Positions 16,978 to 27,201 of a stretch of 64,000 bases of DNA are shown here, one piece after another. The position numbers and the translations under genes were made by a program. Position 1 is the first letter of the stretch, and the number at the start of each line of letters is the position of its first letter. The notes under the pieces are model-generated. The model was not told where the DNA came from. It ran no database searches and saw only the letters and a program-made list of their open reading frames with translations. Source of the stretch: a virus; the IMG/VR virus record IMGVR_UViG_3300040801_000524, positions 1 through 64,000 of that record; one strand, written 5' to 3'.

Positions 16978-17507
16978 TGTTCTTCAACAAATTCGACAAA
17001 GTTACGTATGGTGGGAAAGAAGCGACCAATATCATCAATTCGATTTTGGTCAAATACCACCCGGCAACAAACACAACTCAGTTCCTTTACCACACGGTCA
17101 AGGACGGTGAAACCCCCGAGGTATTGGCACACAAATACTACGGGAACCCCTATTTCCACTGGATCATCATTCTGATGAACAACATCGTGGACCCAAACTA
17201 CGATTGGCCGCTGGACCCCCAGAAGTTCAATGCCATGATGACCAATCGCTATGGGTCCGGGAATGAAGACAAGGTACATCACTTCACAGACCAGAACGGA
17301 AAACGTCTGGACGAAGTGGCTGCCTTGGATGCACAAGAATACTTCGACATCAACGGGAACTACCCCGTGAATGTTCTCCCTGTGTCCAACCGTGAGTACG
17401 AAATCGAGAAGAATGACGAAAAACGAGAAATCAAAATCCTACGGTCCCGGTATCTGAATGAATTCGTGAACCAATTTGAAGACCTGATGTCAAGAGAGAC
17501 CGCATAA
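16977..17507 (+). CDS. 53: baseplate wedge protein gp53
   Basis: VKDGETPE.LA.KYYG....HWII..MNNI.DP..DWP...EYE...ND.KR.IKIL. Confidence 0.92.
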   Translation: MFFNKFDKVTYGGKEATNIINSILVKYHPATNTTQFLYHTVKDGETPEVLAHKYYGNPYFHWIIILMNNIVDPNYDWPLDPQKFNAMMTNRYGSGNEDKVHHFTDQNGKRLDEVAALDAQEYFDINGNYPVNVLPVSNREYEIEKNDEKREIKILRSRYLNEFVNQFEDLMSRETA

Positions 17508-18745
17508 TGGCAAACCCCGTAATCTACCCCGGTGACCTGAAGTTCCATGAGGTTCGAATCAACGGAACCGATGTGACAGAGTTCACCGTTCTGACGTACA
17601 TTTTCCAAGACATCTTCACCCCGTTTTGGTCTGCGCAAATCGGTCTTGCAGACTCACAGAACTTGGTGATGAACCTACCCATCACCCCGGGTTCAAAGGT
17701 GGAGATCGTCATCGAAACCGATGCACCGAAACCATGTACCGGCCGAAAGAAGTTCACCTTCTACGTGTACAAGGTCTCTGATCGTGAAATCGAGAAGCAA
17801 GAAACGTACACATACACCCTTCACTGTGTGACCAAAGAGTTCTTCGAGAACGAGAAGGCACGTATTCAGAAGGCTTTCAAGCGAATGGCACCCCAAGACA
17901 TCGCTTCCGAAGCCGTTGGGTACATGGGTGGGGGTATGTCTAAAATGGACAACGATCCTACTAAGTACGATCTGATCGTACCGAACTGGTCCCCGGTGGC
18001 AACCGTTGAATGGTTGTCCAAGATTGCAAAGGTTCCCAACGGTGGGGCCGACTTCGTGTTCTACCAGTCGGACATAGGTTCCTTCAAATTCCGATCAATT
18101 GAAAAGATGTTCAAGGACCGTTCCGGGCTGGAACTGAGACAGGTGAACCCGAACATCCGTGAGGCAAACGGGAATGAGAACGAAAATGCGTTCGTCAACG
18201 TGGAGTCGTTTGAGTTCATCGTTCACCACGATGCTGTCCGCAACTTCCAGACCGGCTACTATGCGAACTCGGTTCTGACCCATGACATCGTGAACAAGAC
18301 GGTGACCACAACACCGTTCCACTATGGTGACGACATCAAGGCCGATGCACAGAAAAAGCCGTTCAAAGGACCCCAGTTCGAGGGGGCAGAATTGTCCAAT
18401 CTGTCATTCTACCCGAGACACCCGGGCATTATGGATGGTATCACACCGGGTGACACACACACCGACTGGCTTGGAAGTCGAAAGACCAACCAGACAAAGC
18501 TGGAAGAGAACCGTTTGATCGTACAGGTGCCCGGGTTCGTGTGCGGGTGGGAATGGCTTGGGAAACAGTGCTACATCGAACTCCCTTCCCACCAAGACCT
18601 GAACGAAGACAAGATTTACGATGAATATTTCAAGGGTGACTACCTGATCACTGCCATCAAGCACGTGGTGACCTTCGGGAAGTACCAGACTGTCATGGAA
18701 CTTGCGAAAAAGAGACTCGAAAAACCATACCAAACAACATCATAA
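17507..18745 (+). CDS. baseplate hub protein (gp27-like)
   Basis: IFQDIF.P..SA...D...P.W.P...DFVFYQ...F.F.S...G.YLITAIKH; located between gp53 and gp5. Confidence 0.7.
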   Translation: MANPVIYPGDLKFHEVRINGTDVTEFTVLTYIFQDIFTPFWSAQIGLADSQNLVMNLPITPGSKVEIVIETDAPKPCTGRKKFTFYVYKVSDREIEKQETYTYTLHCVTKEFFENEKARIQKAFKRMAPQDIASEAVGYMGGGMSKMDNDPTKYDLIVPNWSPVATVEWLSKIAKVPNGGADFVFYQSDIGSFKFRSIEKMFKDRSGLELRQVNPNIREANGNENENAFVNVESFEFIVHHDAVRNFQTGYYANSVLTHDIVNKTVTTTPFHYGDDIKADAQKKPFKGPQFEGAELSNLSFYPRHPGIMDGITPGDTHTDWLGSRKTNQTKLEENRLIVQVPGFVCGWEWLGKQCYIELPSHQDLNEDKIYDEYFKGDYLITAIKHVVTFGKYQTVMELAKKRLEKPYQTTS

Positions 18746-18760
18746 ATAACAGGAAGAACC

Positions 18761-19117
18761 ATGAACATCAAAGAGTGGAGTATTCAAAAAATGATTACCA
18801 TAGGTGCAACAGTCCTATCGGCTACCATTGCTGCTGGTAGTGCCGGATGGACTCTTCACACCATGTACGAAGATCAACCCCAAATTGATCAGCTACGTAC
18901 CGAGATGGTGGCATTTGGTCAGAAGTCAACCGACACCATTCTGATGCAAATGATGTCAACCGAACAGACCCGCTACGAAGACGAAATCGAGCGTATCAAT
19001 GCCCGTGAGCGTGCCGGTCATGCGTCTGACTACGATCTGAACCGTAGAGACACCATTCAAAACCGAATCAATCAAATCGAACGTGAAAGAAACCTGATGC
19101 TAAAGGACAGACAATAA
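18761..19117 (+). CDS. hypothetical membrane-anchored coiled-coil protein
   Basis: N-terminal hydrophobic helix; preceded by a CATAAATA late promoter (18741-18748). Confidence 0.65.
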   Translation: MNIKEWSIQKMITIGATVLSATIAAGSAGWTLHTMYEDQPQIDQLRTEMVAFGQKSTDTILMQMMSTEQTRYEDEIERINARERAGHASDYDLNRRDTIQNRINQIERERNLMLKDRQ

Positions 19118-20010
19118 TGAAATCCCTATCCGAATTTTCCAAAGATATGTGCGTACTCTCCGAGGAAGCCCGAGAGTACCTTGAAGAAAGACTTCTTCAA
19201 ATCGGTGGTGGCCAGAAGTATGGTCAGATCGTATTCTTGGCCGGTGGTGGTGGTTCCGGAAAGGGGTTTGCCGCTTCCAACTTCATGGAATCCGACAAGT
19301 TCAAGGTCCGTGACGTGGACGAATGGAAGCGTCTGTTCCTGAAGGCCGAACAAGAAGCCGGGAAGCATCCAGAACTGAAGGACCTGAACCTTCGCAACCC
19401 GAAGGATGTGTTCAAGCTACACAAGTTCGTTGACGATCTGGACATCAAAAACAAAACCCTGACGAACCTTCTTCGTGACACCAAACCGGATCGGCTGCCG
19501 AACATCATGTTCGACATCACTGCCAAAAACGTCAAGTCAATCGAGAAGGTCATTCCCCTTCTTCTGGCTGTCGGTTACAACGTCCGTGACATCAACCTTG
19601 TATGGGTTCTGACCAACTATCGTGTTGCTGTTGAACGCAACGCTGGCCGTTCCCGTGTGGTTCCTGAAGACATCCTGTTGCAGACTCATGAGGGTGCGGC
19701 CCGCACCGTGTACGACATCGTGACCAAGGGAACCCTTGGCCGCAATCTGTTGGACGGTGGCATCTACGTGATCCTGAACAACAAGGAGAACACCGTCTTC
19801 TGGACCGATTCAGAAGGCAAGGCAATCAAGAACACCAAAGGCAACCCGGTGATCAAGGACTTCACGTACCTGACCCTGAAACGTCCCGGTGGTTCTATCG
19901 TCAAGGAAGGCGAAGTGAAGAAGCAACTTCTTCAGTGGATTCTGGACAACGTGCCGAAGACCAAGCTGACTGCCGACATTTTCGGTGAAAACCCTGACAA
20001 CGTGAAGTAA
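19117..20010 (+). CDS. P-loop kinase (AAA_33/zeta-toxin-like), probable internal head protein
   Basis: IVFLAGGGGSGKG Walker A, DVD, IMFDIT, VAVERNAGRSRVVP lid; MKSLSEF...E N-terminus. Confidence 0.75.
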   Translation: MKSLSEFSKDMCVLSEEAREYLEERLLQIGGGQKYGQIVFLAGGGGSGKGFAASNFMESDKFKVRDVDEWKRLFLKAEQEAGKHPELKDLNLRNPKDVFKLHKFVDDLDIKNKTLTNLLRDTKPDRLPNIMFDITAKNVKSIEKVIPLLLAVGYNVRDINLVWVLTNYRVAVERNAGRSRVVPEDILLQTHEGAARTVYDIVTKGTLGRNLLDGGIYVILNNKENTVFWTDSEGKAIKNTKGNPVIKDFTYLTLKRPGGSIVKEGEVKKQLLQWILDNVPKTKLTADIFGENPDNVK

Positions 20011-20059
20011 AGTCATATTTGATATAATAGATTTATTATCATCCGGCAAGGGCAAGCGG

Positions 20060-20088
20060 AGTTTATCATGAAAACCGGAGACTGTCAA
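20060..20088 (-). promoter_or_regulatory. minus-strand sigma70-like promoter facing the kinase gene
   Basis: reverse strand TTGACA-17 nt-TAAACT in the intergenic gap. Confidence 0.5.
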
Positions 20089-20090
20089 GA

Positions 20091-21056
20091 GTGCTGAACC
20101 AACAACACGAAACCCATTCGTTTTCAATGGGTCAATTCGTTTGGTGGATCGGTGTCGCTGAAGACAGAATGGACCCGAAGAAACTCGGACGCATCCGTGT
20201 CCGCATGTTCGGGTATCATACTGACGACAAGGCCCTGATTCCAACCGAACAACTATTCTGGGCCTACCCGATGCAACCTATTGTGTCGGGTGCCATGAAT
20301 GGTATCGGTGTGTCTCCGACAGGCATTGTCGAGGGCACCCACGTCATCGGTTTCTTCCGTGACGGCCACAACGCACAAGACCCTGTGATCCTTGGTACCA
20401 TTGGTGGTATCCCGGGTGACAAACGTCCGTCAAAAGGCTTCTTCGATCCCAACGGCCAATACCCCCGTGACGACTTCATGGACGAACCAGACACCAACCG
20501 TCTGGCCCGTGCTGAGAAAATCGAAGAGACTGTTGTCCAAACCAAGAAGGATAATCTGGACGAAGATGTCAAGATGTCGCTGGACGATGGTGAATGGACC
20601 GAGCCTGAGACCCCCTATAATGCCCGCTACCCGTTCAACCATGTAAGGGAAACCGAGAGTGGGCATATCGAGGAATGGGATGACACAGAAGGTTCTGAAC
20701 GCTTCCACCGCTATCATCCGTCTGGTACCTTCATCGAAGATCATCCGGATGGGGTACAAGTCCGCAAAATCCAGAATGACAAGTATGAAATTGTCCTTGG
20801 GGACGAATACATACACATCAAGGGTGGTACCGATGGCAAATCCGGCAATCTGACTGTCACCATTGAAGGTGACGCCAACATGCTTGTCAAAGGAAACACC
20901 AGACTTGAGACTGAGGGTGACCGGGATGAATACGTCCACGGTGACTATCAGCTATTGGTCGGGGGCACCATGAAGGTGAAGTGTAACAACCGCATCTACG
21001 TGGATGGTGGACCCCGAATCGACTTGAACCTACCGGGACCGAGTATCAACTTCTGA
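20091..21056 (+). CDS. 5: baseplate central spike gp5 (no lysozyme domain)
   Basis: WWIGV.EDRMDP.KLGR.RVR..GYH OB fold; YPFNHV.ETESGHI.E.DDT...ER...HP.GT; beta-helix repeats. Confidence 0.93.
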   Translation: MLNQQHETHSFSMGQFVWWIGVAEDRMDPKKLGRIRVRMFGYHTDDKALIPTEQLFWAYPMQPIVSGAMNGIGVSPTGIVEGTHVIGFFRDGHNAQDPVILGTIGGIPGDKRPSKGFFDPNGQYPRDDFMDEPDTNRLARAEKIEETVVQTKKDNLDEDVKMSLDDGEWTEPETPYNARYPFNHVRETESGHIEEWDDTEGSERFHRYHPSGTFIEDHPDGVQVRKIQNDKYEIVLGDEYIHIKGGTDGKSGNLTVTIEGDANMLVKGNTRLETEGDRDEYVHGDYQLLVGGTMKVKCNNRIYVDGGPRIDLNLPGPSINF

Positions 21057-21832
21057 TGACTGTAGAAAGAATCCAATACCTGACTGACTTCGACACCAAC
21101 TCTGGCGTGACCGAGGATTTCACTTCGTTCCATGAAGAATCACCGAGCGTGAAGGTTGAGTCTGGTCAGTACATCGAAAAGGACATCGGCCAGATGACCA
21201 ACTTCGCCATGGCCGCATGGGTGAACTTCTCCAATATCGATAATGGCAAACTGCGCATCCTTCTGGGTACCAATGCCAGCGGCATCGGCAAAGCAATCGA
21301 CTTCACCATGTCTGCGGCCGGGTGGAAGGTCCAATACGTGGAGATCGCTTCTCACACGGGTGTTCCATCTTCCATCGATCAGGAAGCCGAGTTCAAGAGA
21401 CGTGGGTTTGAGTTCTACAGCAACAAATACTACAAGGTTCTGGTGTACCTATCCGGTGGCACACTGACCGTCAAATTCGATGGGAAGCCCGCACTACACA
21501 TCACCAACTATGTGCCGACAGGTACATTGTGGGGACTGAGTGGTCGAGATTCATTCTCATATGTGAACGTTTCTGACATCCGAGTCTATGAAAACCAAGT
21601 CTTCTACGGCAACGTGAACATCAACGGTATTCACCAAGGTGATCAGGGTCGTGTGCGCATGTACGATCAGACCTTCTACACCATTGTTGAGGATGTCGAG
21701 TGTGATTCTTCAGGCAACTACATGATTTTCCTTGAGGATGATCCCCTGAGCCTCAATAAATACTTCATGATCGGCTATGTGGATAACCGAAAGGATATTC
21801 AACCACGTGGCGTTGCCAATATCACACTGTAA
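21056..21832 (+). CDS. virion protein, beta-sandwich plus C-terminal transthyretin-like adaptor domain
   Basis: TGATG coupling to gp5; C-terminal G.V...RVRMYD......D.SGNY motif. Confidence 0.55.
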   Translation: MTVERIQYLTDFDTNSGVTEDFTSFHEESPSVKVESGQYIEKDIGQMTNFAMAAWVNFSNIDNGKLRILLGTNASGIGKAIDFTMSAAGWKVQYVEIASHTGVPSSIDQEAEFKRRGFEFYSNKYYKVLVYLSGGTLTVKFDGKPALHITNYVPTGTLWGLSGRDSFSYVNVSDIRVYENQVFYGNVNINGIHQGDQGRVRMYDQTFYTIVEDVECDSSGNYMIFLEDDPLSLNKYFMIGYVDNRKDIQPRGVANITL

Positions 21833-21841
21833 GGTTACAGA

Positions 21842-24800
21842 ATGCACTACAAACAGCTTATTGACTTTTTCGGTCCCCTTGAGCATTGGACATTTGAGAA
21901 TTCTTCGGGAGACAACACCACCGTTTATGGTGAGTACACCCGTGATCTTCTGAACTCGAATGCTACCCTTGGGGAAGAAGGCCAAACCAACCACAACTTC
22001 TCAGGCCGTTCGGCCAACCTGAAGAACGGTCATCTGATCGTTGCTGACGGTGCATTCTTGCAACCACAAATCTCAGACCACGATTTCGCCATTCACTTCT
22101 GTTTCAAGACCAATGGAAGCCAAGTGGCCGGTTCCCATGCGCTGATTTCAAAGTGGACCCCCGTTCCTCAGTTCTGGATCGGTTTTGAATCTGGCAATCT
22201 TGTAGCCAAGGTGGAGACATCTTCGGCCGGTCAGATCAGTCTTGTTCACGACAACAAGGACATCATCTACAACGACTATTGGAACATGGTGACATTCCTG
22301 ATCCATTCCAATGGTACCTATCGCTTCATTCTGAACGGGATCGAGCAATCCACGTCTGATAGCAACCCGCTTCAGGGTTCGATTCTATCGCAGTTCACCA
22401 TCGGTGACCCAACCAACCCGTTCTCAGATGACATCTGGATCAACGATGTTGCCATTCAAGACTCTGTTGAATACACCTATTTGCCGTTGTTGATTTACCG
22501 CATGACCCGTTCCGACAAGGAAGCAATTCAAGGTCTGGCACCGAAGTACCTGTTCGACTTTGTTGAAGGTTGGTTGAGAGATGGTTTTGGACCAATCCCA
22601 AACGAAGGGTCTGAGGGTGGTGTTGGATACCTGATGTCAAAAGACGGTACTGAACCGAATGTTGTGACACCTTCAGCGGAATACTCCCAGACCACCCTAA
22701 ACATGCCGAAGGGTGTGTACTTCACTATCGACAACGATCTGGATTTCGATTGGGCTAATACCGTTTCGTTCCTTTTCGTTGGTCACCAGACAACAATCGA
22801 CAATTCCGGTGAATTTGGTCACAACGACAACAATCTTCACTGGAACTACGAATGGATGGATTTGGGTGAGTCACGTGCGAACCCGGACAACTGGCGCATT
22901 CGCATGGCTTACATGGACGGTGGTAATAATGAATTGTTTGGGTTCCAGACCAAAGATGGTTCTGGTAATCAGCTTGGGTCGCTTTCCCCGGCAAATGGTG
23001 ATTGGGATGCTTACAACACCACATATGATAATTGGGGAATCTTCCGATACAAGTTCGATTCCACAACTTTCTATGTTCACCACCATGATCACAACGATTG
23101 GACTGGAAGTGATGAAAGCGACATCGCTGGTGGGGTTGGTGGATATGCCCCCGGGGTTCCGCTGGCATACAACCGTTTCTTCTACCGTGATGACGTGACC
23201 GATCCTTTGGATTTTGGGTCCATTAACTGGCACCGTTGCCGTTATATGGCCATTTTCGATTATGACATCACAGACAATCATGTGAACATCATCCAGTACC
23301 CGAGAATCATGTTGTTCAACAACTTCTTCATGAGACGACTTGGTAATTCCATGTGGTACGGAATGCTTCGTGATGATTCTTCACCCGAATGGAGATATAG
23401 ACATGATGGAACGTTTAATACATTGTGGGATTACAAAAACGGGTGGTTTGGCAACTCTGGTATAGACCCATTGTTCAACCGTCCTAACGAATTTACATAT
23501 TCGTGGTACATGGCTGACACAAGTAGATACATCTCTCAGTATTACAATACCGACAACAACCCGCTTGGAACCAACAATCTGACCATCAACTTCTGGATCA
23601 GAAACCAGAACACAACTTCGATGTACGAACTGTTTGGGTTGCATTACAATAGTGGATACACCCAAACAACCATGGCCGCTGGTTACAGATTGGGTATCGC
23701 TGTGAACAGTCACAACCGTTCGTTTGGAAACGTTGGTGATTTGGAGTTCACAACGAATGACTATTCCGCTGATTACACCGTTTATGTTCCTGAAGCTATC
23801 GCTGATGATGGCTGGCACATGGTCACCGTTGTCCGAAATAGTACCAGAATGGAAGTGTGGGTCGATGGTATTCTGAAAGAGTACAAGATTACTCCAACCG
23901 TTCAGGATTTTGGTACTTCGAACCGTGCCATGCAATTCCGTGGTGGACCGTGCTTCCTTCGTGAAATCATAATCGATTGGTATGATGCGTGGGCTGCCGA
24001 TAAAGTCGAATTCGCATTTCAGGGATTCGCTGATGTGGTCAAGGGACAGACTCTTTTGAACACCGTTCCGATTCAATCACAGCTTTTGGCCGTTGACCAC
24101 AAGACTGGTCATCTGATTGCGGCCGGGGCTTCTGAACCGGACGGAGACTTCACGTTCAAGCTGGTCAAGAACGATCAGGAAGACCGTGACGTGGACATCA
24201 TCGCACTCCCATACGATTCGGCTGCCACCAACCACGTGGTTGTACACGGTCCATACAACGCAAATACGGTGTATAGCCGTTACATTGAAGAAGTCTTGAG
24301 TCAGTCCATGAAGGACATGATTCTGGACATGGACCCGTATGTCTATTACCCGATGGATGACACCAGTGGCACCACCATTGTGGACAACTCTGGAAACGGC
24401 CGAAATGGTACCATCTCCGGGGACTACACGCTGGCACAGGAAGCCATGGAAGTGGATTCCAAGTCCATTGACTTTGGTGGCACCAATGCTTTCATCGACA
24501 TGCCGGATGGGTTTGACAATTTCCCAGATGGTGTTACACTCGAAGTGTGGGCACGTACAGACTCAACTTCCCTTTGGGCACGATACATCAACTTGGGTTC
24601 TGCCCTTGAGGGTGTTGATGAAATCCGTCTGGCCCGTGAGTCCAGTTCGTCAAACCTGAACGCATTCGTTCCTTCTGTCACCCTGACCGGTGCCGGGAAC
24701 ATTCAGAACGGTGTGTGGCAACACTTTGTCTTCAGAATCGATGCTGACGGAACCGGTTCCCTATGGGCTTCTGGTACAAAAGTTGCAGAATCCGGTGGTA

Positions 24801-25624
24801 TGACCCCGGCAAACGTTCTGCGTGACGAAAACTTCATCGGTCGATCCTTGTTTGCCGCTGATGCATACTTCCACGGCCGCATGTCGCATGCTGTGGTGTA
24901 CGATCACGCACTATCAGACGAAGACATCTACAAGCATTACTTCCGAGGAATCGGGTTGAATCACGCTACCCTGAAGGGTGCCATCGAGTTCGATAACCCG
25001 GAAGTGTACTGGACGTTCGACCGTCAACAGGGTCTTGTGGATGAAATCGAGGGTCACACCTTCACGGTGAATGGTACCCACGACATCCAGAAGAACGCAC
25101 TGGTTCTGAACGATTCTGCTGTGGGTAACAACTACCTTCACACGGATCAGTATGTTCTGAACCAATCCAATAACGATGAATGGACTATTGAGTTCGGGTT
25201 CAAATGTCCGACAACTCAATCCGATGCTGTTCTGGTTGCCCAATGGGATGAAGCCGGGAACGATGGTTCGATCAAGATTGCGTTGATGAACACCAACAAG
25301 ATCGTGGTGTACATGAACGACAACACCAATTCGATTTCATCAACCACCGACTACAATGACGGCAAATGGCACCATGTCATGGTGACCTATGATGGTGCGG
25401 TTGTCAGACTGTATGTGGATGGTGACGAAGAAGCCTACTTCAACATCACTATGGCTTACCCGGGCCACGACTTGACCGTGGGTAACACATCTGACGGACA
25501 CGTTTCATGGCACTTGGAGTCACGTGCGGAAATCGATGACCTTGCCATCTACGGCACGCTTCTTGGGTCTGCCCGCATCGAAGCGCATTACAACAGATTT
25601 GAACAGAAGAAGGGTACACTATAA
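21842..25624 (+). CDS. large multi-LamG (concanavalin A-like) virion/receptor-binding protein
   Basis: repeated WH.V....LYVDG...IDD.AIY...L LamG motifs; YYPMDD.SGT...D.SGNG motif. Confidence 0.8.
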   Translation: MHYKQLIDFFGPLEHWTFENSSGDNTTVYGEYTRDLLNSNATLGEEGQTNHNFSGRSANLKNGHLIVADGAFLQPQISDHDFAIHFCFKTNGSQVAGSHALISKWTPVPQFWIGFESGNLVAKVETSSAGQISLVHDNKDIIYNDYWNMVTFLIHSNGTYRFILNGIEQSTSDSNPLQGSILSQFTIGDPTNPFSDDIWINDVAIQDSVEYTYLPLLIYRMTRSDKEAIQGLAPKYLFDFVEGWLRDGFGPIPNEGSEGGVGYLMSKDGTEPNVVTPSAEYSQTTLNMPKGVYFTIDNDLDFDWANTVSFLFVGHQTTIDNSGEFGHNDNNLHWNYEWMDLGESRANPDNWRIRMAYMDGGNNELFGFQTKDGSGNQLGSLSPANGDWDAYNTTYDNWGIFRYKFDSTTFYVHHHDHNDWTGSDESDIAGGVGGYAPGVPLAYNRFFYRDDVTDPLDFGSINWHRCRYMAIFDYDITDNHVNIIQYPRIMLFNNFFMRRLGNSMWYGMLRDDSSPEWRYRHDGTFNTLWDYKNGWFGNSGIDPLFNRPNEFTYSWYMADTSRYISQYYNTDNNPLGTNNLTINFWIRNQNTTSMYELFGLHYNSGYTQTTMAAGYRLGIAVNSHNRSFGNVGDLEFTTNDYSADYTVYVPEAIADDGWHMVTVVRNSTRMEVWVDGILKEYKITPTVQDFGTSNRAMQFRGGPCFLREIIIDWYDAWAADKVEFAFQGFADVVKGQTLLNTVPIQSQLLAVDHKTGHLIAAGASEPDGDFTFKLVKNDQEDRDVDIIALPYDSAATNHVVVHGPYNANTVYSRYIEEVLSQSMKDMILDMDPYVYYPMDDTSGTTIVDNSGNGRNGTISGDYTLAQEAMEVDSKSIDFGGTNAFIDMPDGFDNFPDGVTLEVWARTDSTSLWARYINLGSALEGVDEIRLARESSSSNLNAFVPSVTLTGAGNIQNGVWQHFVFRIDADGTGSLWASGTKVAESGGMTPANVLRDENFIGRSLFAADAYFHGRMSHAVVYDHALSDEDIYKHYFRGIGLNHATLKGAIEFDNPEVYWTFDRQQGLVDEIEGHTFTVNGTHDIQKNALVLNDSAVGNNYLHTDQYVLNQSNNDEWTIEFGFKCPTTQSDAVLVAQWDEAGNDGSIKIALMNTNKIVVYMNDNTNSISSTTDYNDGKWHHVMVTYDGAVVRLYVDGDEEAYFNITMAYPGHDLTVGNTSDGHVSWHLESRAEIDDLAIYGTLLGSARIEAHYNRFEQKKGTL

Positions 25625-26721
25625 TGGCCGCACCAACAGTTTACAAGTGGGATGATCCCGGGGCACCGGTTATCGATTCATCAACCGCTTCAACAAGAAG
25701 AAATCAACTGCAAGCGATTTTTCGCCAGTGTCTTACAACCGGTTACGGTGCGAAGGCTGGTGCCGGGTGGACGCTTGTTGATGATGGTGTTACCGATTCT
25801 GATGTGATGATTTTCCAACAGGGTGGTACTGGATTTGCCGTCAACGCCAAACTTCGCATTTCAACCAGACGAATTGGTGAAAACTACGGTTGTTTTCAGG
25901 TTGCCGGGGCCGAAGATTATTCACCGGACATCAATACCCCGGTCGGCCCTATGGGGGCTATCATTCATCTACACAACACAACCCAATTTGGGTCGTACAT
26001 TTACGCAAGGAATTCGGCAACCAATGGTTATCCTTCAACATGGGTGATTGTTGCAAACGAAAGAACTGTGTACGCATGGTTTGGTCGGCACAGTAACAAC
26101 AATGGGGTTCTACCGGCTGATACTTCTTCTACACACCAAAACACGTATTCTGGTTTGTATGGTGGTTTCTGTTTTGGTGACTATGAGAACAACATACCCG
26201 GGTTCCAATACAACCAGTTTTTCTCAAGCTGGAATCCAGATTTTACTGGATATTTAAGTGATGCCCCACGTGATTTTTCCGGCCTGATTTCTGGAATGGA
26301 TGCTGTTGGTCCACGTTACGATTCAAGAACTTTTCAAAAACATGCACGGTACTGGGCTGGTGTTGGTGTCGGTGATTACACATCATACAAAGTCTGTACA
26401 TGGATTCCTTGGATGGATACAACACCGGCAAATGGATATGAAGGGCCACGTCTTGGATATGGGTGGGCTGGTTTGACATATCCATATCCAGACAACAATG
26501 AACTGTTCCTTGAGAAGATTGGTTTGAGTGTGGGTGGTGTAATCCAAGGCTATTATCCGGGTCTCCACCAGACTCTTCACAGAAATGCCCCGAACACTTG
26601 GTACCCCGACACCTTCCAAGGAACCGGTGATTTTTCTGGACAGGAATTCATCGTCATTCCCCTGTACCGTGGAAAACTGATCCTTCGGATTGATGCCGAT
26701 TGGAACTCGCTTGGGGTATAA
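25624..26721 (+). CDS. putative tail fibre/adhesin protein
   Basis: PTVY.WDDPGAP...CL.TGYG.K.GAGW N-terminus typical of proteobacterial phage fibre proteins; AT-richer variable C-terminus. Confidence 0.6.
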   Translation: MAAPTVYKWDDPGAPVIDSSTASTRRNQLQAIFRQCLTTGYGAKAGAGWTLVDDGVTDSDVMIFQQGGTGFAVNAKLRISTRRIGENYGCFQVAGAEDYSPDINTPVGPMGAIIHLHNTTQFGSYIYARNSATNGYPSTWVIVANERTVYAWFGRHSNNNGVLPADTSSTHQNTYSGLYGGFCFGDYENNIPGFQYNQFFSSWNPDFTGYLSDAPRDFSGLISGMDAVGPRYDSRTFQKHARYWAGVGVGDYTSYKVCTWIPWMDTTPANGYEGPRLGYGWAGLTYPYPDNNELFLEKIGLSVGGVIQGYYPGLHQTLHRNAPNTWYPDTFQGTGDFSGQEFIVIPLYRGKLILRIDADWNSLGV

Positions 26722-26723
26722 TC

Positions 26724-27200
26724 ATGGCCGATCTTGGTCCATTGGGAACAACTGCCAGCGTTGACATCAAGGGTGATCCTGTTCGAGTAGTTCCCGACAG
26801 CATCGCTACCATGCTTGCGTCTGGCATGAAGTTCTACCAAAAGCGTAGCACACACCCCGGAAAAGTCATGATGGTCATGGTCAAGAAACATGAGATTCGT
26901 GGGGCCGGTGGACGTGCGTTCTTCAAAGAATATGGTGCGCTGGCCGATCAGGTAAAACACGGCATCTATGGCACTGTCACATATGAAGACTTGCCGGGTG
27001 CCGGTCTACTTCTTCGACTGTATGATCGAACAACTGGCGAACTTCTCTCCGAGACCACTTCAGATGGTTCCGGAAACTACGATTTCAACTATTGGGTCCC
27101 CGAGGGGCATAAATATTACGTGGTTGCGTTTGATTCGAATTTGGTTCCGATCTACAACGCAAAAATCCGTGATTACCTTGACCCAAAGTTGATACCGTAA
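26724..27200 (+). CDS. carboxypeptidase-regulatory-like (transthyretin fold) adaptor protein
   Basis: I.GTV...LRLYDR.TGELL.ET.SD.SGNY.F...YYVVAFD...YNA...D. Confidence 0.65.
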   Translation: MADLGPLGTTASVDIKGDPVRVVPDSIATMLASGMKFYQKRSTHPGKVMMVMVKKHEIRGAGGRAFFKEYGALADQVKHGIYGTVTYEDLPGAGLLLRLYDRTTGELLSETTSDGSGNYDFNYWVPEGHKYYVVAFDSNLVPIYNAKIRDYLDPKLIP

Positions 27201-27201
27201 T

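Noticed and set aside
18761-19117. Holin or spanin assignment (also considered for 59582-60223)
   Set aside because: Single TM segment only, with no lipobox partner or adjacent endolysin to support a lysis role
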